Part shown: positions 58,214 through 64,000 of the stretch, piece after piece
Numbering within the stretch: the first letter of the stretch is position 1
How the letters are laid out: each line of letters begins with the position of its first letter
Source: a virus
DNA length: 64,000 bases
Reading direction: 5' to 3' (one strand)
IMG/VR virus record: IMGVR_UViG_3300040801_004428
Span: 1 to 64,000 of that record
Position numbers and translations under genes: made by a program
The notes under the pieces: generated by a model
The model's database searches: none
What the model was told of the DNA's origin: nothing
The model's input: the letters and a program-made list of their open reading frames with translations, nothing else

Positions 58214-58696
58214 ATGAAAGCAACAATTGACTTAGAACAACTGATTAACGAAGCACCGCCCGAGATTATGGCCTACGTTCTGGAGTCAATAGACCCGGTA
58301 GAGAATCAAAATGTATGCAGCTGGCTGCATGAGAACTTCTGCCGCAATGGGCAACTTGACACCTTTTATAAGGTCTCTGAAAGCCGGCGGAAGCTACTTC
58401 ATCAAATGTATGAAAATAGCCCCCGCTCAAGGTGGGTGTTAATCAACCTTATAGGGGGTGAAACCACCACTGTTAAAGCCATAGCTCTATTAGAGGAAGC
58501 TTGCAAATCTGGGCAAATTTCCCTCATAGCTTATGTCTTAACAGTGGCAGACTACCACAACTACATTAACGCGCGCAAGGTGATAGACGCCTTGCCTCGG
58601 GAGTTTGCATGGGCGACGAGCCCATCTGCGGGTGTTATAATCGACGTAGTACGGAAATACGCCGATGGCTTACATGAATTACACGGACGTACTTAA
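58214..58696 (+). CDS. hypothetical helical protein
   Basis: 160-aa ORF with AAGGAG upstream. Confidence 0.65.
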   Translation: MKATIDLEQLINEAPPEIMAYVLESIDPVENQNVCSWLHENFCRNGQLDTFYKVSESRRKLLHQMYENSPRSRWVLINLIGGETTTVKAIALLEEACKSGQISLIAYVLTVADYHNYINARKVIDALPREFAWATSPSAGVIIDVVRKYADGLHELHGRT

Positions 58697-59191
58697 TTGC
58701 GTTGAAGCTGCAGCCGCAGATTGGCCTTTGGACCAGTTGTCGACGGAGAATGTTAGGGTGATTCTAGACACGTCGTTACCATCCCTATTAGCTTCTGCAA
58801 ATCGGCAGCCAACCCACAAACAGCCTGTTAAAATAATAGGCTCTCCAATAGGGTTTTCTTCCTCACTACCGCGAGCACCACACGCAATTGGTTGCACTTC
58901 AATTTGGAGTTCCTCACATTGGTAGGCGAACCAAGCATCGAGGATTACCTGATGTTCGTTTACCTTATAAGGGGCCATTAACGTAATGTCTTGAATCTCC
59001 CGCGCGCCCATAGTTTTACGCTTTTTCTGCCGGGTGGGGTCGGCATACGGGACTGCCTGTGATTGGTCTTGGATGCCTGAAAAGCTAGTAAAGTAGATGT
59101 CGGTAAGATCAGGCATTTGACCTCCACCCATGGCGGAAATTCTAATTCGGAACTGTGATTGAGAGATGGGTCTCTCCATTGATTTTTTCAT
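58679..59191 (-). CDS. tail tube-like protein (T4 gp19 / TIGR02241-type pattern)
   Basis: ..FRIRISAMGGG....IYFTSFSGIQDQSQAVPYADP....KTMGAREIQDITLMAPY.. follows the pattern F.V.I ... F..vSGl ... eY ... k.pG ... itL. Ends ..ITLTFSVDNW.. . Confidence 0.5.
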   Translation of the reverse strand: MKKSMERPISQSQFRIRISAMGGGQMPDLTDIYFTSFSGIQDQSQAVPYADPTRQKKRKTMGAREIQDITLMAPYKVNEHQVILDAWFAYQCEELQIEVQPIACGARGSEEENPIGEPIILTGCLWVGCRFAEANRDGNDVSRITLTFSVDNWSKGQSAAAASTQLSTSV

Positions 59192-59214
59192 ATTTATTCC
59201 TAAATCCTGTATGG

Positions 59215-59240
59215 ATTATTACCACGCCAACTGGTATAAT
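59215..59240. promoter_or_regulatory. back-to-back divergent extended -10 boxes
   Basis: Minus strand TGGTAATAAT (59224..59215) and plus strand TGGTATAAT (59232..59240). The plus leader CTCCTATGTAGAGTTAGAG resembles the leaders at 4954 and 15754. Confidence 0.55.
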
Positions 59241-59266
59241 ACTCCTATGTAGAGTTAGAGTAAATT

Positions 59267-59596
59267 ATGGCCGATATATTTTTAGGGGACATTATACGAT
59301 CGTGGGCTCTCCGTTTGATAAGAGATTCCGCACCTGAGGATTTCAAAAACAACAACCGATTGGAGAGGGTAAAAACACTCATAGAAAACACCCGGTTGGA
59401 GAATCTCCGCGCAGTGTCTACCTTCCACAAGATGGAGCTCCACTATAGTGTGTTCTCCTTCATTATGGCATTAAACCGCGCGGAGCAGCTTACCAAACTG
59501 TGGGCGCAGTTTCCGTTGAATATGTCTGAATATCCAGACACCTTCTTATTTGGCACAAACAACATATTGTACATCTACATTAATGAGGATCAATAA
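59267..59596 (+). CDS. hypothetical protein
   Basis: 109-aa ORF. Confidence 0.6.
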   Translation: MADIFLGDIIRSWALRLIRDSAPEDFKNNNRLERVKTLIENTRLENLRAVSTFHKMELHYSVFSFIMALNRAEQLTKLWAQFPLNMSEYPDTFLFGTNNILYIYINEDQ

Positions 59597-60045
59597 TGAC
59601 CGATTTCAGCATACGGGCAGTGCTCGACTTGTCCTTTCAAAACTATGATGAGTTGCACCCCGAGGGGCGTGAATACACACAACAAGAACGCGAATTGATT
59701 ATCACAATGGCGATAGAGCAACCTTCTATTGTGACAATCACTCCTTTGAGTTCAGGCTTAAGGTCTTATGAATCCGGGGATTTTGGCGGACGGAAGAGGG
59801 CTTATCTCGAATATCACGTAACCAATGCGTTATCAATTCCCAAGTTGAGAATCTACCGCCGCTGGAAGACGTTCTTATTTGATCTCTCTGTTAATAAGGA
59901 CCTCGACGTATTTCACGAATACTGCAGATTGCAAGAATATGGTAGTAAAAAAGACCCGGCTGTATTTGCCGGATCTTACCTTTATGCATATCTGCCCCGC
60001 AATAAGGCCACTAAAAAACCCAGTGGATTTTCTACTGAACCTTAA
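59596..60045 (+). CDS. hypothetical protein
   Basis: 149-aa ORF with a TAATG junction to the previous gene. Confidence 0.6.
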   Translation: MTDFSIRAVLDLSFQNYDELHPEGREYTQQERELIITMAIEQPSIVTITPLSSGLRSYESGDFGGRKRAYLEYHVTNALSIPKLRIYRRWKTFLFDLSVNKDLDVFHEYCRLQEYGSKKDPAVFAGSYLYAYLPRNKATKKPSGFSTEP

Positions 60046-61048
60046 CTAGCAATGCCGAAGTAGGTCCAGTGACTTTTACTTTCCGCTCGGCGATGATTTG
60101 CGCATGATAGAAGCGCCGATCTTCGTCGAACTTTTCTTTAGTCATCACAGGGTATCCTTTCAACTGGAAAGTATACGCAAACGAAGGAGTTCCCATGTTG
60201 GCGGATACATCCGGCATTACACCAGAGGTTCTAGTGCCTTCCGGCGCATAAAACATCAAAATCGAATCAGGATCAAAGATGTACTTAAGCGTGTTATCAG
60301 TACCCAATGCTTGTTTATTAGCCACTTTTACATTGTCGCTAGAGAAGCCCATCTCCCGAAGGATTTGATCTCTACCCGGTTGGCCATAATTGTACGAGTT
60401 CGTACGCTCTGGGTCCATACCATAAGTTGCTAGTGAAATATTCACATTGGATCCAATAATCAGTCGATTAGGCTCAGAGCCGATTTGGTCCGCAATCCGC
60501 TGTTTCCAAGTCAAGCTTTGCTTAACTGGGAAGGACTTAGAACTAGACCAACGATCATCTCCCGCCAACACGTTGTTCGAAGTACCTGCGAGGAAAGTCG
60601 CCCAGGTGTTATTTAACACCGTTGCGTCCAACTCCCTCAATGCGGAACTAAACGTGCGAATTTCGTGCGCTCGCTGAAAGCGCTCCATCATATCTCCAAT
60701 GTACAATTCGCGTAAGGAAAATTTCGCCTCACCGGATTTAGCTTCCTGCTCAATTTCTTCCACAATACGATACGCCAGCGCATGTTGCTCCAACGTATAA
60801 GTACCGTGCGAGAATGAGCTTTCCACAAACGGTGCGGTGGTCATCGGAGCTCGCAGGGTATCAACCGCCGCGAATGCTTCTTTGCCAAATTTCAGGTAAC
60901 GACCTGATCTACGATCTACCGACACAACAGGTGCGACAAAATTGCCCAAGTATTCGCCCCGGTCGTGGTGACCTTGAGCGAGGCGGGTAAGCAGAGCGTC
61001 GTAACCTGCGGCCGAGTTGTGAGTTCCTGGTGCCCATGTAAGAGCCAT
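60032..61048 (-). CDS. major capsid protein (HK97-fold, lambda gpE-like size and context)
   Basis: 338 aa with GAGGA before the ATG. Lies downstream of scaffold/protease-like and small decoration-like genes. Not verified by search. Confidence 0.55.
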   Translation of the reverse strand: MALTWAPGTHNSAAGYDALLTRLAQGHHDRGEYLGNFVAPVVSVDRRSGRYLKFGKEAFAAVDTLRAPMTTAPFVESSFSHGTYTLEQHALAYRIVEEIEQEAKSGEAKFSLRELYIGDMMERFQRAHEIRTFSSALRELDATVLNNTWATFLAGTSNNVLAGDDRWSSSKSFPVKQSLTWKQRIADQIGSEPNRLIIGSNVNISLATYGMDPERTNSYNYGQPGRDQILREMGFSSDNVKVANKQALGTDNTLKYIFDPDSILMFYAPEGTRTSGVMPDVSANMGTPSFAYTFQLKGYPVMTKEKFDEDRRFYHAQIIAERKVKVTGPTSALLVKVQ

Positions 61049-61091
61049 GATTTATATCCTCAATCTTTCTGTTGTTTAGTATTACCCTGTC

Positions 61092-61658
61092 CTACGCAGC
61101 AACTACGCCGGAGAGGTCAAGTCTCACCGTGACGTAATAAGTTGCGACGGTTTCTTGCACGCCGTTGAACGGTAGCATGCCAATTAGGCCTTCTCCGTTA
61201 TTGCCGGGCGTTCCATTTTCGTCAGTCCAACCATAGGCGGCAGTCGCAATAGAGCGAGTGTAACCTACTACAGTCTGACCAGTAGTTGCAATTACAGCTT
61301 GGCCGTTTTCGTTAGTCGCAACTGGAAGATCAATGGCATTGAAGTCACCCTCTGCACCAGGAGCAATTTCCACACCCATTGCGCGGGCTTTATCGACAAC
61401 AGTTGCCGCTTGGCCTGCAATTACATCGTAGCGGTTAACACCCGCGACGCGAACTCCAGCGCTGCCTGGAAGGGCTACAACTAAGGCTTGAGAGTATGTC
61501 TGCAAGCCGGTGTTCATCCCCATGGGAGGAGTTCCACCATAAGGTCCGGGAGTGTCAACTCCGGTATAAGACACGAATCTGTTTGCTGGGAGAGCTTCAA
61601 ACGCTTCTCCGGTGACCGCGGAACAAATATCCTGGGCCAAAGTAGTCAAAGTTTTCAT
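61092..61658 (-). CDS. small capsid-associated (decoration/cement-like) protein
   Basis: ATG at 61658 after GGAG. 188 aa, Gly/Ala/Val/Thr-rich, between the scaffold-like and capsid genes. Confidence 0.4.
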   Translation of the reverse strand: MKTLTTLAQDICSAVTGEAFEALPANRFVSYTGVDTPGPYGGTPPMGMNTGLQTYSQALVVALPGSAGVRVAGVNRYDVIAGQAATVVDKARAMGVEIAPGAEGDFNAIDLPVATNENGQAVIATTGQTVVGYTRSIATAAYGWTDENGTPGNNGEGLIGMLPFNGVQETVATYYVTVRLDLSGVVAA

Positions 61659-61689
61659 AAGAAACTCCAAATTTTTGTTCTGGGGAGTA

Positions 61690-64000
61690 TTACCCCAAGG
61701 ATAAGCGGTTTCTCGCGGAAATTTTCGCCGACGCTTGTTCGTAAGCTTTTGCCATCGACAAGTTGGAGTTACTAGCCATGAGGTTTTCAATCTCAAAGAT
61801 TAGTAGCTGCGAGTCGGGGGTGAAACTCTCCGAGAATTGCAAAGAAGTGGTGTCAGCCGCGACGGCATTTACCGACTCCGAGAAGTCAGCCACTTCAATT
61901 TTTTCAGCAACGGCTCGTTCATTATGATGGAGGAGGCCCAAAATAACATCGACTGGATTGGCTTGTTTGCCAGACCCTTCGGAGAAGTTAATTGCGCCGG
62001 ACTTTGCACCTGTGTCGATTTCCACCAACATGGTGACTAGCTCCTCTTTGGAGATTTTCCCAGGGAGGATTTTAGTCTCTGAGAAGAGGAGCCCCACTTG
62101 GTTGTCGATCCATGCGCGGGATTGCTTCTCCTCAATTTCGGCTATCTGCCGTTGGAGCTCCTCATTGCGATCAATAATTGCTTGAGTGTTAGGATCAACA
62201 TTGCTTCCTTCAACCTCGTGAATGTCTTCAGGAATAGTTTCTGACTTTTCAGAGTATTCGACAGTTTTGGTGTCTTCTTCCCCGAGGACTTCGGGCGCGT
62301 CATTAGCCTGGTCTTGTGATACATAGAGCTCATCTAGGTTGGTTTCGCCAAAGTCGTACACCACGGAATTGACGTCAGAAAAGAAGGTTTCTGCTTCAAT
62401 TGTTGGGCGGTCGTCATCAGGTTCTTCGAAGTCCAAACTTGAGATTAGCCCGTCTGGGTTGCGTTCAACTACTGTGGTGGAATTCTTTGTCATGTCAAAT
62501 TCACTAAAGTCAAAAAAGCTTTCAGCTTCAAGGGCGGCGGGTTCGGAGAATTCTCTCGGCTGTTCTCTGTCTAAGTACTGAGCCAAGCGGAGGTAGATCG
62601 GCACGGAGAGGAAGCTCTGAGCCTTTCTTAACTCTTCGGGGGTTAAATCATTAGGGTCTTTGGTAAGCACGTCAGACAACATATTGGATAGTTGGTCTGC
62701 GTCCATACCTTCTAAGTCTTTGTCTAAACCCATAAGAACTTGCTGCAGGCGGTTTGTATCCCTACGGACAAACTGAACCTGTTGTTTGATCGAATCAGTT
62801 TGTTTGTTACTCATCCGATTCTGCGCAGCGAGGACTTCTCCAAGCTCTTGTTTGGTAACAAAATCTTTGTCTTCCTCCGGTGGGGTTTTTCCACTCCCTT
62901 CGGCGTAAACCTTATAGCCTGTTGTCAGCGCAAAGTCGAAAGAATTCGCAACAGCCGCAGCACTGCCGTCGATTTTCCCACTGAAGAGGATATCTCCCAC
63001 CGAGGTATTAATCGCTCGCGTTGCAGCACCACTGAAGATTTCTGCCGTGCGAGGGTTGATATTCGGCTCATCGGCTAATGCATAGTTGATGCCAGACTCA
63101 AGGCTGGTGGTCAACCCATCGTAGAGGGCTTTTGAAATGCGCGTTTTAGCGTCCGCTTGTTCTTCATCTAAGGTGATTTGACCCATGATGATACCCGACG
63201 CAACGTTGGCGGCTGCTTCGGTCATTGGACTCCCATCGCCTAGTTCTTCCGCGGCGATTTTAATCCCCACGGAGAGTGCGGCGGCGCCGATGCCTTTAGC
63301 AACGGACATGTATTTTGCGGATTGCACTCTGTCGGCCTTTTTATCCTCAAAGGCTTTTTCTTTCTCAGGGTCTTTTTTACAATATTCTTTGAATGGAATG
63401 CATTCACCATTACAAATTTTCATCCCATCTGGGCATGAGGCGTACCCGCGTTTTGAAATCTCGGGTTCTTTATTACCCGTGGGTTTTTCTTCCCCCGTGG
63501 CTTTGTCCACCGAGCATTCCCAATCCTGATCTATGCAGCGACCTCCGCAGCGTTTGTGTCCCGGTTTGCAATTAAACACCCGGCCAAATCGCTTTGCGGT
63601 GGAGAAATCATACGTTTCATGAGGAAGGATGATGCTGGCTTCGGAGAAATAGAATAGTTTAGAAAGGTCTACCTCCTCATCAAAGTGCGCAACCAGTTCT
63701 TCGTCCTCAATTTCGGAGTAATCCATCACAACTTCGAGAATCGGGTCGAGATCTTTCAACGCAGGAGGTTCTGCCCCTAGCGCGGCAATATGCCTCAAAG
63801 ACCATTTACCTGGCACTGGGTTTGCCACATAGTTGGGTGGATACAACGAAGCGGAGATATTCTCATAATATCCCCCATCAATTAGTGCTTGACCTGCCTT
63901 TGTTGCTTTAACAACAGAGTACAGGTTTCCTTTTTCGTAGAGTGTATCTTTTACCCACCCTAGAGAAGGCATATGACCGGCGGGTTTGTGGCCCAAAGTC
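61690..64000 (-). CDS. capsid scaffold/protease-like protein (GPO/DUF2213-like N-terminal domain), 5' end outside the window
   Basis: Open to the window edge. ..LYSVVKATKAGQALIDGGYYENISASLYPP...GKWSLRHIAALGAEPPALKDL.. resembles the GPO-type scaffold/protease pattern. It is followed by two C-x6-C-x3-C-x6-C motifs, a hydrophobic segment and a long acidic helical region. Confidence 0.45.
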   Translation of the reverse strand, partial: TLGHKPAGHMPSLGWVKDTLYEKGNLYSVVKATKAGQALIDGGYYENISASLYPPNYVANPVPGKWSLRHIAALGAEPPALKDLDPILEVVMDYSEIEDEELVAHFDEEVDLSKLFYFSEASIILPHETYDFSTAKRFGRVFNCKPGHKRCGGRCIDQDWECSVDKATGEEKPTGNKEPEISKRGYASCPDGMKICNGECIPFKEYCKKDPEKEKAFEDKKADRVQSAKYMSVAKGIGAAALSVGIKIAAEELGDGSPMTEAAANVASGIIMGQITLDEEQADAKTRISKALYDGLTTSLESGINYALADEPNINPRTAEIFSGAATRAINTSVGDILFSGKIDGSAAAVANSFDFALTTGYKVYAEGSGKTPPEEDKDFVTKQELGEVLAAQNRMSNKQTDSIKQQVQFVRRDTNRLQQVLMGLDKDLEGMDADQLSNMLSDVLTKDPNDLTPEELRKAQSFLSVPIYLRLAQYLDREQPREFSEPAALEAESFFDFSEFDMTKNSTTVVERNPDGLISSLDFEEPDDDRPTIEAETFFSDVNSVVYDFGETNLDELYVSQDQANDAPEVLGEEDTKTVEYSEKSETIPEDIHEVEGSNVDPNTQAIIDRNEELQRQIAEIEEKQSRAWIDNQVGLLFSETKILPGKISKEELVTMLVEIDTGAKSGAINFSEGSGKQANPVDVILGLLHHNERAVAEKIEVADFSESVNAVAADTTSLQFSESFTPDSQLLIFEIENLMASNSNLSMAKAYEQASAKISARNRLSLG

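Noticed and set aside
58665-58925. 86-aa plus-strand ORF
   Set aside because: It is antisense to the tail-tube-like CDS and overlaps the end of 58214..58696 in another frame, with no start signals.

Overview
The window reads as one continuous stretch of a large tailed-phage (Caudoviricetes) genome. It holds about 88 tightly packed CDSs on both strands, many with ATGA or TAATG start/stop overlaps, and two tRNAs (Met-CAT, Arg-TCT). I saw no rRNA, integrase, transposase or CRISPR array. Recognisable replication and nucleotide-metabolism genes are a family-A DNA polymerase, an SF3 helicase, a topoisomerase II A-subunit homologue, DEDDh and PD-(D/E)xK nucleases, class I RNR alpha (with a C-terminal glutaredoxin domain) and beta, thioredoxin, ThyX, a second ThyA-fold enzyme, a MazG-like pyrophosphatase and P-loop kinase-like proteins. 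There is also a sigma-70-family factor. Structural genes (portal, scaffold/protease-like, major capsid, tail-tube-like, baseplate-J-like, several tail-fibre-like and Cys-rich tail proteins) lie in three separate blocks interleaved with the metabolism genes. The observations most worth follow-up are: (1) the ThyA paralogue has Asp at the Asn177 specificity position, which together with the MazG-like and kinase-like genes predicts modified cytosine; (2) about twenty copies of a TGn-N6-TG-A7-CCTAA element sit upstream of genes, distinct from the consensus TGnTATAAT promoters also present; (3) an RHH regulator is translationally coupled to an H-box/NC thiol hydrolase; (4) a C-x6-C-x3-C-x6-C mini-motif is shared by several putative virion proteins; (5) there are repeat structures, namely inverted terminator-promoter modules and three 58-bp direct repeats. 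All functional calls rest on motif recognition by eye; no database search was run.
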